Of a DNA stretch of 64,000 nt, positions 41,561 to 53,243 are shown piece by piece. A model generated the notes under the pieces. The model was not told the DNA's origin. It did not search any database and saw only the letters and a list, made by a program, of their open reading frames with translations. The stretch comes from Octopus sinensis (Eukaryota). Within the stretch, counting starts at the first letter, position 1, and each line of letters begins with the position of its first letter. A program made the translations under genes and the position numbers. The stretch spans positions 20,894,001 to 20,958,000 of the forward strand of contig NC_043005.1 of assembly GCF_006345805.1 (NCBI RefSeq), in the 5' to 3' direction.

Positions 41561-41700
41561 AGTCAAAGAAATCCAAATGACAGCGAGATCTATCTGTGAC
41601 CCATGACCCACTATGTATCTTTTATTCCATGTTTATCTCCCCATTCTCTCCCACCTCATACATATGCAGCATTGGTAAACATCACAGTTTTCAATTACAG

Positions 41701-41871
41701 ATTATGCGCAAATAAATTGTGGAACTCCAAAAGATATTGATAATGCATCGAAGTATTATAAAACCACCACCTATAAATCTGATGTGACCTATACTTGCCC
41801 AAAGGGAGAAAAATTGAAGTCAACATGTGGAAAGGACAACAAATGGACTCCAGTGGCTACTGCTTGTAAAG
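41701..41871 (+). CDS. Exon B3: Sushi/CCP domain (YAQINCGTPKDIDNASKYYKTTTYKSDVTYTCPKGEKLKSTCGKDNKWTPVATACK); not in the ORF track
   Basis: Translated by hand; ttacag| acceptor at 41700; G|gtaatg donor at 41872; 171 nt, no stops, 4 Cys + Trp. Confidence 0.9.
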
Positions 41872-42686
41872 GTAATGTAAATATCTTCTCTCCTGTTGTC
41901 TTGGTCTGTCCATTTATATTTGACTTTTCATTAAATGTTTTTGTCAGAAAAACTCCATGACAATTTTTGGTTGGAGGGAAGAAGAGAAGGAACTGTCCTC
42001 AGACCAGAGACCTCTCCATATGCTTGCAACAGAGTGAAATCCATAAATAGTAGCCAAGGGCCTGTGAAATTGGGTGATTTGAACTGATAGACTAAAGAGT
42101 GTGAATACCCACTGTTAAAGAAATGTACTTTAAGTGTACCTGTCCTCCTCTCCTCCTCATCATCATAATTTAATACTGATTTTCCAAGCTAACCTGGGCT
42201 GAACTGTTCGACAGGTTTCAATGATCCACAGGATTGCATGAGGCCCAAATGTCACCTTTGGCATGGTTTCTGTCACCTTTGGCACTTTCTAGCACCAACC
42301 ACTTTACAGTGTGTACTGGGTGGTGCTTTTTTTCTGTACTTGAGGGAGGGAGAATAGCATTGTGCTAGGTGGTCTAGGCAAAAGTATGACAAAGAGACAA
42401 GCACAGGTATCTTACTATAAAGGAAATACATGGCCACCCCAGTTTTGCAAGGGTGGGTGAGAGTAGTTGGAAGGGAGAAAATGATGGTGGTGACAGATAT
42501 ATTGATCATACTTTCTAGGTGCAAGAAGGTGAGTATCAGGAAGAATATAACGAGGTGGAGAGAAAAGTGTGATAAATTAATAAATGTATGGTGGGAGAGA
42601 GTTATAAAAAAAGTTAGAGATTGGGCTATAGGTGAATGGAGTGAGTGATGAGAAAGAGTGAAGCTGTGGTTGATGGAGGAGGAGGT

Positions 42687-43335
42687 TAATAATAATAATA
42701 ATAATAATAATTGTGTACAGTGCTCAGGTGCACTACAACTCATCTAAAGTGTATATATAATCAGGTGTAGTTTCGACGGATTTCGGGAAGCATGAGGGCC
42801 TTAAAGGATGCAGTGTCATGGCAGTCAACAACTGATGCAGGCAGTTTATTCCACGCTTCAGCAACCCTGAGCGTGAAAAAATGTTTCCGAAAGTCATGGG
42901 AGCTGTGCTGTTTTCTGACTTTGTAGGCATGTCCACGTGTGTTAGACACATGGAGATCAAAAAGGTGTTCAGTGTTGTTGTTGGTGAGGTGGTTGATAAC
43001 CTTGTGGGTGTTTACCAAGTCCGTCGCTAGACGCCGGAGCTTCAGTGAATCCATGCCCAGGGAAACAAGGCGCTCAGAATATGGTAGGTGTCTGATGGAG
43101 GGTATGCGTTTGGTTGCACGTCTCTGGACAGATTCCAGGAGGTCAATGTTCTGAGCAAGATAGGGATTCCAAACTGATGATGCGAATTCCAAGTGTGGTC
43201 GTACCATAACTGTATACAGTTTTAAATAGATGGCTGGAGAGCGGCTAACAAAAGTCTTGCTGAGTGATGCCAAGACACCCTCGGCCTTCTTGACAATTTT
43301 AGAGATATGCTTTGTCCAACGCAAATCACTGCTGA
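42687..43335 (-). mobile_element. 5'-truncated CR1-like LINE (same family as 9145), younger-looking copy
   Basis: ORF 42761-43324 open over 187 aa; (ATT)n tail at 42687-42711. Confidence 0.88.
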
Positions 43336-44361
43336 CAGTGAAAGCACTGAGGTTAATGAAAGCACAGGAGAGGAGTAATTGGTGGAAAGTAGTATGACAA
43401 GGATGATTATGAGAGAGAGATAACTGGTAGTGACAAAGTGAGGATGAAAAATGTGCTGATTCTGTATCTCACATGATTTCAGCTGCTTAATAGTGACATG
43501 TAAAACTGAACATAAAGATGAAAATAATGTGACAATCCTCTTGAATGTAAAAGAATCTCTGCACAGGCCAGTGGAAGACTTCTATCATCAAATGTTCAGT
43601 CTGAGCTTTAAGAGCAAGTTTCCTCTTCAATTATTGTTCCTGTGCTACATGTTTATGCACAGTAGTCACCATTAACTCTAACCATTTTTGCCACTTTCAC
43701 CTTACATTCAATACTTTCTCTCCTCTCTTCTCTAAAAGTGCAAATTTGAGTGAGAGATTGATGAAAGAATGTCAATTTCTGTTATCTGATCTTTCAGCTC
43801 ACAATGTCTTCAGCTATAGCTTAAGATCAAGTAAAACTGTCTTCTCTGCCCAGTTAATGAAGGGTTTGTGGCAACCACCTTGGATTTCTTTGATTCTGTG
43901 ATTGGATGTTTATGTGAAGAGTGGGGCTGAGCTATCCACTAATCACCACCTAGTTGTCTACAACTTAAGACTACAATAGACAGAACTCACAAGACTGATA
44001 AGACCAGGTGACTTACAGAATAAAGTGGGAAGTTTTGTTGGATGATGGGATTAGAAACAAATATGTAGACAACAATTTCTGTTGTTGGTTATGGTGATGT
44101 ATTCACATGATCATTATAGCATCAGACAAAATGTGTAGTGGTATTTTTCTAATTCTTCAACTTCTGTCTATAAATCCTGCTGATGATAATGTTGCTTTTT
44201 CCAGGGCCAATAAAATGTAGGGACCAGTTTAATTTTATTGGTCCCTTGAGGGCCAAATATATTAATTAATACATACCTCAAACTTTTGGCCTTCTTTCTA
44301 TGTCAGAAATTTATAGTATTGTTGTTATTTTTCATTCTTCTCAATTATATTTTGACTCTAG

Positions 44362-44598
44362 ATGTTCAGATCCATTTTGTGAAAGTAAAAAATGCAGCTC
44401 TGGATGTAACAGTAAAAACATTATGGAGTAAGAAAAAAGTGACAACAGATGCATGTGCTGAAAAATGTTTTTCTGACAAAACTTGTGCATCATTTGAAAT
44501 AGAAAAAACAAGTGGACTCTGTTACTTATTAAAACAAACTGCAACATCCTCCAAAATAAAAACAGACCAAAGCAGAGATTACTACCAACGAGTAAAAT
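44362..44598 (+). CDS. Exon C2: PAN/Apple domain (VQIHFVKVKNAALDV...ACAEKCFSDKTCASFEIEKTSGLCYLLKQ...DYYQRVK)
   Basis: ctctag| acceptor; T|gtaatt donor; 237 nt; homologous to C1. Confidence 0.88.
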
Positions 44599-45674
44599 GT
44601 AATTATTCTTTGTATTTTATTATTGGAATTTCTTTTCTGTTTTTTTTTTTTTCCAATATGGCAATTGTTCAACTTGAACACTTTTAATGCTTATTTTCAT
44701 TTGCAGAGAATTTTTGATCCACAACTCTGCTAAGCACAGTTTAAATTTTTAGCCAAGGTTTTAGTGAAAACGTTGGTGCTTGTCATTGGTAGTCTGGTCA
44801 GGGAGCATAAACATGCACAATCCCAAACAAGTCGATCCTCGACAACCTCCACCTTGTGCGATACATCATAGATATGAGCTGGCAGAACAGTTAGCACACT
44901 GTGTGAAATGTTTAAGAGAATATCATATGTCCTTATGCCTTTTCTTCCTTTTGGTGTCAATAAAATAATTGCCAGTGGTGCACCAGGGTCAATGTAATCA
45001 AATATCCCCTCCCCCAAAGTTTAGGTCATGTGCCTGTAGGGGAAAGGATTATTATTATTATTAATCATCATAAATCATCATCATTATTATTTCATAGATA
45101 TTTTTAAAATATTAGATAATTATGTAGAATTACAAGTAATTGAAGTTTTGAATAGATGAGAAAACTGTATTGTGATTTATTGTATACAGGGACAAGCAAA
45201 TCCACCCAGAAAATAGTTTTTCCAGTATAAGACTCCCTTCTCAGAAGTAATGTGAATCCAGTACATCATGAGACATGTTTCAAACTTTACCTCGGAGCTT
45301 TGGTTGTAAAATATTGATTTGTACATCCCTCTCCCCCTTGATATGTTTTCATTTAAAATTGAATGGCCATAAGAACACTGGATACATTGGGGAACTACCA
45401 GTTTAGTGGGGTGTTGACCCCCTACAAAATTGCACCATTGGAAGAGAGATGTTCAAATGCATTGTACGAACCCAATTATTGAGACAAGGTTTCAAATATG
45501 TCTGAAAATGTTCTACTACTTGTATGCATTCTGATTAGTGTGTCATTTTGTGAATCAATTATTTGTTCATGATAAAATTATACCCTGTTTGCCTCAAAAT
45601 ATTCATTATGTGTGTGTTTTTTTGTGGATGGGTGAGCATAAAATGTATTTCTTGGTTTCTATTTCTTTTCCCAG

Positions 45675-45905
45675 CTGACACCCCTTTGAAGCTTAAGAAA
45701 GTTAGCATACCACAGAAGGCTACTTTACAAAAGCTTAAACAGAAGACCTTAACTGAATGTAATGAAGCTTGTCAACAATATGAAGGATGTAATTCTTATG
45801 AGTACAATGACCAGGATAAACTGTGTGGTCTGAGCGATGTGACACAATTGACTAGTGAACTTAAACCCGACGATGGAAATTGGGATGTTTATCTCATGAG
45901 CCCAG
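45675..45905 (+). CDS. Exon A3: PAN/Apple domain (DTPLKLKKVSIPQK...CNEACQQYEGCNSYEY...LCGLSDVT...WDVYLMSP)
   Basis: ttcccag| acceptor; G|gtcagt donor; 231 nt. Confidence 0.9.
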
Positions 45906-46021
45906 GTCAGTAGAGTATTTCTATTTTAGTTATATGTTCTTAATCCTGTATTTATTTACACGTATGCATCTGTGGGAATATAATATATACAGTGTACAAT
46001 ATATACAGAATATAGTATATA

Positions 46022-46463
46022 CAGTGATTATTTGTTGTTTGGCATTTACGGTCCCGGTTATTCGTGGGACCGATAATTGTTCGCAGTAATCACCACATAT
46101 TTGTGGAATTGTAAATATTGTCCGTGATGTTTTATTGCATTTTCCATGGTAATATATACTTTCTCACACTTATTAAGGCTAAATTATTAATAATATTGGA
46201 TCGTATTTGTCAGTTTTCTGGACACCCTTTCACAGCTGAAGATCCCTCTGATTAGAATAACTGTGCATCAAGTCACTTGATCTTTTTTAAATAGAAGTAC
46301 GCTGTATCTTGTATGTCTCATTCTTGCTTCCATTGAAAGTTTGCTAATTCGTATAGCGACATCTATTTATATTTCATGCATACACTCTCTGTGTGCCTCT
46401 CTCACTGTATTTGTCTCTCAACAACAACCTATCATTGTAGTGAAGGTGTGTATATATATATAC

Positions 46464-46506
<43 letters not shown>

Positions 46507-48171
46507 CAGAGGTGGGCATTGTTAATTGAAAAGTTAACTTCATTCATTGTTAAACTATTCATGCTTTGCAAATTTAACTGAAGTTAATGTTAACTTTCAT
46601 TGTAAAAAGGCATATCTACAGTTTAATACACCACTGACTGTGTTACCTCACAACTTCCAGAAAAATCGATACATTTTAATGAAACTTTCACCAAATAATT
46701 GTTCATAACCTGTAGAATGGGTGGTGAAAAGTTGTTAGAAACAAATTTTTTTAGGGGTTGGAGAGAGGAGTTTCAGAAAATTCACAGGATCCGACATTTC
46801 CTCCACATAACTGTCTGGAAAATAGGATGTTTTAATGAAATGTTTTACAAATACCTTTTAAACTGTGTAGATGACAATTGCAAAGAAATATGTAGGTAAA
46901 ACTTTTGGAAGGGAGCAGAAGGGTGGCTGTAGTTTCTGGAAAATAAAGTTTCGGATCAGACTGCCCATATAAGATGGAACTTCTCCATTTTGATGGAGAA
47001 TTCTTCTAATGTTTTTCACCAAAATCTTCAGAATGATGTGAGGCATCTTTTCATAAAAAAAAACAAGAAAAAGATTTTGAAAATTTATTTCTTTTCACTT
47101 CTGCCACTCGAGTCTGAAACAATTTTGGTTATTTTATTTTATTTTTTTTTTGTTTTGACTATGCACTTAAAACACATGAAAAAAACATTTTCAGTTTAAA
47201 AGAAAATTGTTAATAATTTAAGAGGGAAAGTTATTTTAAGAGAGATCAAAATGTTGTTTCTAGCACATCCTCAAACCTCCCTCCTCATTTCTTTCTTACT
47301 CACACATCTATTGATATTATTCAATATTTTTCTGCCCATAAACAAATCTTATGGAATGATGATGTCATAGCAACACATTAGTAGTGCCAACCAAATGAGG
47401 CCATGTTATGTGCGTAAGAAAAAAAACACCTGGAAACTTCATTTGTGTTCATATTAATCTATCAAAAGTAATGCTTATTTGTTTGTTATTCTGAATTATT
47501 CAGGTTCAAGAGGGTTGTTCTCAATTTTGTTGGTAACTTTACTATTTTTTTTACTATTTTACTTGTTTAAGTCATTTGACTGCGGCCATGCTGGAGCACC
47601 GCCTTTAATTGAGCAACTCGACCCCGGGATTTATTCTTTTGTAAGCCCAGTACTTATTCTATCGGTCTCTTTTGCCGAACCGCTAAGTAACAGGGACATA
47701 AACACACCAGCATCAGTTGTCAAGCAATGCTAGGGGGACAAACACAGACACACAAACACACACATGCACATATATATATATATATACATACGACGGGCTT
47801 CTTTTCAGTTTCCATCTACCAAATCCACTCACAAGGCTTTGGTCAGCCCGAGGCTATAGTAGAAGACACTTGCCCAAGATGCCACGCAGTGTGACTGAAC
47901 CCGGAACCATGTGGTTGGTAAACAAGCTACTTACCACACAGCCAGGGATCTTCAGCTGTGAAGGGGTGTCCAGAAAACTGGCAAATACGATCCAATATTA
48001 TTAATAATTTAGCCTTAACAAGTGTGAGAAAGTATATATTACCATGGAAAATGCAATAAAACATCATGGACAATATTTACAATTCCACAAATATGTGGTG
48101 ATTACTGCAAATAATTATCGGTCCCACGAATAACCGGGACCGTAAATGCCGAACCACAAACAAGCACTTTG
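46022..48171. mobile_element. Non-autonomous Tc1/mariner-like element with ~226-bp terminal inverted repeats
   Basis: TA|CAGTG left end; 46022-46247 is the inverse of 47944-48171; SINE nested at the inner edge of the right TIR. Confidence 0.8.
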
Positions 48172-50243
48172 TAACTTTGTAAATTTTTTACATGTAGATT
48201 TGAAATTTTGCCAGTGGGTGCTTTATATACCACTAATTTTAGCTATCTTGTTGAGTAAATATGACTTTAATGGGCAGATAATTAACAGGTGTAAAAGAAA
48301 TAGCATTATGGATAAAAACTAGAATTGAAATCTTAATGCATCTTACCTATTTGATTTGTTACTAAAATTATACCAGATTGCAACTGAGAAAAGTTTTGCC
48401 ACTTTTCAAGATGATGTACCTTCATTTGAACTAATTGAAATGCAGATATAATCAGTACAATATTTTATTGTTTCTGTAAATATTTCCTACTTTAGTGAGG
48501 AATAATTTTTTTTCTCAGATGTTTTAGGGTGCATTTAATGTATCTGACCTCCAAACCTGCCACAAGCCACATTTTTCTGGAACAGAGAGGTGGAGACCTC
48601 AAAGTTTCCCACCAAGGGAGTTTCGCTTCATGGGCCTTTTTTCTTTACCATTTTATTTTGCATGCTTTCAATGAAAGTGACATCGAAATCATCGAAAGAT
48701 TTGGCTGCTATTTCTAGTGTACCTTGCTACCATGCTACACTGAAATATTTACCAACCTTTTTCCTTCCGTTTATTTTTTACACTTTATGGAAGTTAATAT
48801 TTTCTCTGTTAACACCCACCTCAGCAAGGTCACAGATCAAGTGAACACACATCAATCACTGTTCCCTTTTGACAGAATAAAGAAATTTCCTGCTGTCTTT
48901 GCAAGCAGCAAGTGGATGGTTTTGGTTTCAAATCCAGGCAGGGCCAAAGAAGGTCCTACTCGTTTTTTATAATAAGAAGTGGTGCTATATCAGGGTTGAA
49001 TGAATGGTGCATACAATATTAAATATGCTAAGATAATCTGAAAACAATAGAAACTTTTAAATGTTCAATGGTTCTCATGAAATTTTGGGGTTAATGGACT
49101 TGAGTTAATGGAAGTTACATATATTAACAGGTGTAAAAAAGTAGCATATAGATAAACACTTGGATTGAAATTCTTAATGAATTTTACCACATAAAGATTT
49201 TCAAAGTTAACTTGAAGTTAAATTATCAACTTCATTAAGTAAGAATTCACAGATTAACGGACTTACACCCAGTCCTGTATATATATATATATATATATAT
49301 CATCATCATCATCATCATTGTCGTTTAACATCTGTTTTGCCTGCTGGCTTGGGTTGGATGGTTTGACTAGGGTCTGGGAAGCCTGGAGGCTGCGCCAGGC
49401 CCCAATCTGATCTGGCAGTGTTTTTACAGCTAGATGACCTTCCTAATTCCAATCACTCCAAAAGTGTAGTGGGTGCTTTTTACGTTTCACCGGCACAGGA
49501 GCCAGAGGAGCTGGCATCAACCAAGATCAGATGGTATTTTTACCTGCCACCGGCACGGAAGCCAGTCAAAGTGGCACTGACATGGGACACGTTCGGATGG
49601 TGCTCTTTACATGCTACCAGCACAGAGCTCACAACTGCAATTTCCATTTCAATTAATTTTGATATTGCTGATGTTGATATACTTGACTCAATAGGTCTCC
49701 TCAAGCACGGCACTTTATTTGCCGGGTTTTCTCAGTCACAGCATACCTCATATGTATAGATACATACATACATATATACATATATATATAACAAATAAAG
49801 GGGCAGGCAACAGGTTGCTTAGCCACCTACTGAAAAATTAGCAGTCAAAGACTGTTTTACATATGTGAATTAAATGGATATGTTGTTTGTGGAGCTTTAT
49901 TTGTAGAAAATAGAAATAAACAGTCTTTGACTGCTATTTCTAATTTTTCGGTATGTGGCTTAGCAACCTGTTGTCTACTCCCTTTTTATTTATATACAAA
50001 TATATATAGAACTTTTTTAAAAAAGTTCCTACCGATAAGGATTATATTTACATACCGAAATCTACCCGTAAATAATTGTTGGTTTTTTTAAAACTATTAA
50101 TTATTTACCCTTATATATATATAGAAAATAGTAAAAAGTGAAAAAACTACAGAAGGCTTGTTTTAAAAGGTTAAAAAATATATATTTGAGTCAATATGTC
50201 TGAAGACTGTTATAAATTTTTTTCTTACAATGACACAGTTTAG

Positions 50244-50283
50244 AAGAAATGACCGGTTTCGCGTTCAGCTTTTCAAATTTCTT
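50244..50283 (-). ncRNA. Minimal hammerhead ribozyme, U3-A8 variant, in inverted pLTR
   Basis: aagaaat-TTGAAAA-gc(tgaac)gc-GAAA-ccgg-TC-atttctt; 7-bp stem I; palindromic ACCGGT stem III. Confidence 0.7.
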
Positions 50284-51324
50284 ATGTTTACATTGAGAAG
50301 AGTTATCATTACGTTTATGTTGAGAAGAGTTCCAGATAAGGGGAGGTAATAAGTGATTTCTGGGAATGCAATCTGTTGTCGATAGTGTCACAATAGTGTC
50401 AGAACAAAATACCAGGAACTTTAGACTGCAAGAACTCAAAAACACCCTAATTGACAGACATTACCCAGCTCAACTCATAGAGGATGGGATCAGACGTGCA
50501 ACAGAGATCAACATAGAAACTTTAAGAAAAGTTCAACACAACAACACAACTTCCCCGAAAATACTACCTTACATATCCACATACAACCCCAGAAACAAAG
50601 AAGCCTTCACCATCATCACCCAGAATTTACCATTACTTCATAAGGACCCCAAATTAAAGGAAATTCTAACATACACCAAATCATTAAAAGCTACAAACAA
50701 CCTAAATCACTTAAAAAGATTCTCACAAAGGCAAAATTGTTTTCTGAAATTACGGATGCAAAAGTAAAAAAATGTGGTAGACCGAACTGTGCAACATATC
50801 CAAACCTGCTAGAAGGATCAGAATTCCTCTTCAAAGAGGGACAGAAATTCAAAATCAAATCTAATTTTACTTGTGCCTCTGAAAACATAATTTATGTTAT
50901 AAAATGCTCGGGCGGCCACCAAGAGTACGTGGGGTCCACGGGACTATCACTCAGACGTAGATGCACACTGCATCGACAACAGATTGCATTCCCAGAATAC
51001 AGAATGATACCCTTTAGTGAGCACATTGAGAAATGCGCAAAGCAACTACTACCACAATTTTTAATCTTTCCATTTTACCAATGTGCTATCGGAACACCAA
51101 CACAAATTAGACTAAACAAGGAAACATTCTTCATTGAAAAACACAAGCCCAAACTTAACCATTCCAACATACTTTTACAGAGAAATTCACTCCAAACGAA
51201 AGGAAAAAATTTTAAGCGATCATCTCCCTTACACCGGAAGAAATCACTTATTACCTCCCCTTATTTGGAACTCTTCTCAACATAAACATAACGATAACTC
51301 TTCTCAAGGTAAACATAACGATGT

Positions 51325-51364
51325 AAGAAATTTGAAAAGCTGAACGCGAAACTGGTCATTTCTT
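51325..51364 (+). ncRNA. Minimal hammerhead ribozyme, U3-A8 variant, in 3' pLTR
   Basis: Same motif with stem III ACTGGT (one C>T change). Confidence 0.62.
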
Positions 51365-53072
51365 CTAAATTATGTCATTGTAAGAAAAAAATTTATAACA
51401 TTCTTCAGACATATTGACTCAAATATCTATTTTTTAACCTTTTAAAACAAGCCTTCTGTAGTTTTTTCACTTTTTGCTATTTTCTATATATTCAACCACG
51501 TGCTTTCACAAACCAACTTTCTCACATATATATATTTTAAGATAGAAAATTACACCTTCACAGGTAATTTTTACAAGCTAGAAATAGCAGCCAACACGGC
51601 CACAACCACAATTTAATAGCAAATTTCGAAGTAAATGAAAAATAAAAACTTTTACCTTGTTATTTAACGGTTATTATTCGTTATAAATATCACCACCAGT
51701 GGCCTAGCATGTATAAATAGTCAATAGAAAACATATTCGTATTTAAAAATAGAAAATATTTTCTATTTTAAAATATGACTATGTTGTCTATTGATTATTT
51801 ATACATGCTAGGCCACTGGTGGTGATATTTATAACGAATATTCGCCACCCTATAGATGTATCTTATGTATATATATATATATATATATATGGAGAATTTA
51901 CAAAAGACAAAGACAGGTGGTGTAGCCAACAAACAAATGGTCGGGAAGTGAAAAAGTCTTTAACATGAGTGTGTGTGTGTGAGTGTGCATATATATATGT
52001 ATTACTCAATGAAATTCTGACTGAGTTTGATTTTCATGTGTTATGCGATCATCATGCTATGTAGTGACAGTCGTGTTCCACAGTTGACACAGTTGTCAAT
52101 TGTGGAACACGACTGTCACTACATAGCATGATGATTGCATAATGCATAATACCACCCACATCATAATCAGTCATCCAAAAATATCATCACAGTATTATCT
52201 ACTGATGAGACATGATGTACCTAGGGCACACTGTAATGGAATCTGTTGGAAGGATAGCCCTGAGGAGAAAGAAATAAGAATCCACAGTATGGTAGAATCC
52301 ATAACCACTCATAACAAAAAGGAACATTGATGGAATGTCCCAGTAAAGACATCAATAAACTCTAAGCACAACAGACCTGATATAATGATTTGGAATAGAG
52401 AAGAGAAATTGCATTCAGTTGTGGAAATTAGCTGCCTAGCAGATATTAACATAAAGCTGAAAATCAGTGAAGAAGAGAATATCTATACTGAACTATTGAG
52501 AAATTTACAATTACTCTATCCAGATTACTACTTCAGGTTTATACCTGTAACTATTGGGTCCCTGGGATATTTAACACACTGTCTAAATACCAATATTGAG
52601 AAATTACACTTCTCAAAACTAGAAAGGAGGTAGCTAATTCAAAGACTACCAATTCATCACTGGAACAGTAACAATCTGTAAAACTTTCCAGAAGTTTATC
52701 ATTTAAATATATATCAGCATGTCTAGATATGCAAGTATATGCGTGAGAATACATGCATAAAACAAAACATATGAATCTGCACATATACATACATACAAAC
52801 AAAAATACCCAGTTGTTAATGCTGAAATCCCAATGAAGGAGTCTTGGATCGAGGTTAGAAACTGGCTCTTTCTCTATTGGCAAGAAATCTTGAAATAAAA
52901 CTTAACAATGACATACATAAATACATATATATGCCTATTTCTATCTGTGTACATGGTTCTTCAGTATGTTTCAGTCAATATCTTTATTCTAAATTTGTCA
53001 TTATCTCCCCATCCTTACACTTCTCCTAACATATAATTACCATTGATATCGTTTTCTCTGTATCATTTCCAG

Positions 53073-53243
53073 TGTTTTCCAAAGTGGATTGTGGACCACC
53101 AAAAGACATTGCTAGTGCTTCAAAGTCCTATAAAAGCACTACCTATAAATCTAAAGTAATCTACACTTGTCCAGAAGGAGAAACATTAAAATCGAGATGT
53201 GAAGACGACAATAAATGGACTCCAGTACCATCTACCTGTAAAG
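53073..53243 (+). CDS. Exon B4: Sushi/CCP domain (FSKVDCGPPKDIAS...YTCPEGETLKSRCEDDNKWTPVPSTCK)
   Basis: tttccag| acceptor; G|gtaatg donor; 171 nt. Confidence 0.9.

Larger units (their letters stand above)
50112..51490 (+). mobile_element. 5'-truncated Penelope-like element: RT C-terminus + GIY-YIG endonuclease between inverted pseudo-LTRs
   Basis: ORFs 50366-50767 and 50737-51285 (NIIYVIKC...EYVGSTG...RR...H...E.FFI...KPKLN); ~250-bp inverted repeat 50112-50361 / 51239-51490. Confidence 0.88.

Noticed and set aside
36000-41700. Hidden PAN exons between B2 and B3 (and in the 19-kb intron 16369-35719)
   Set aside because: I found no KKVSI/CNSY or DAILDV/DYYQR-like coding remnants by eye; a highly divergent exon cannot be fully excluded.
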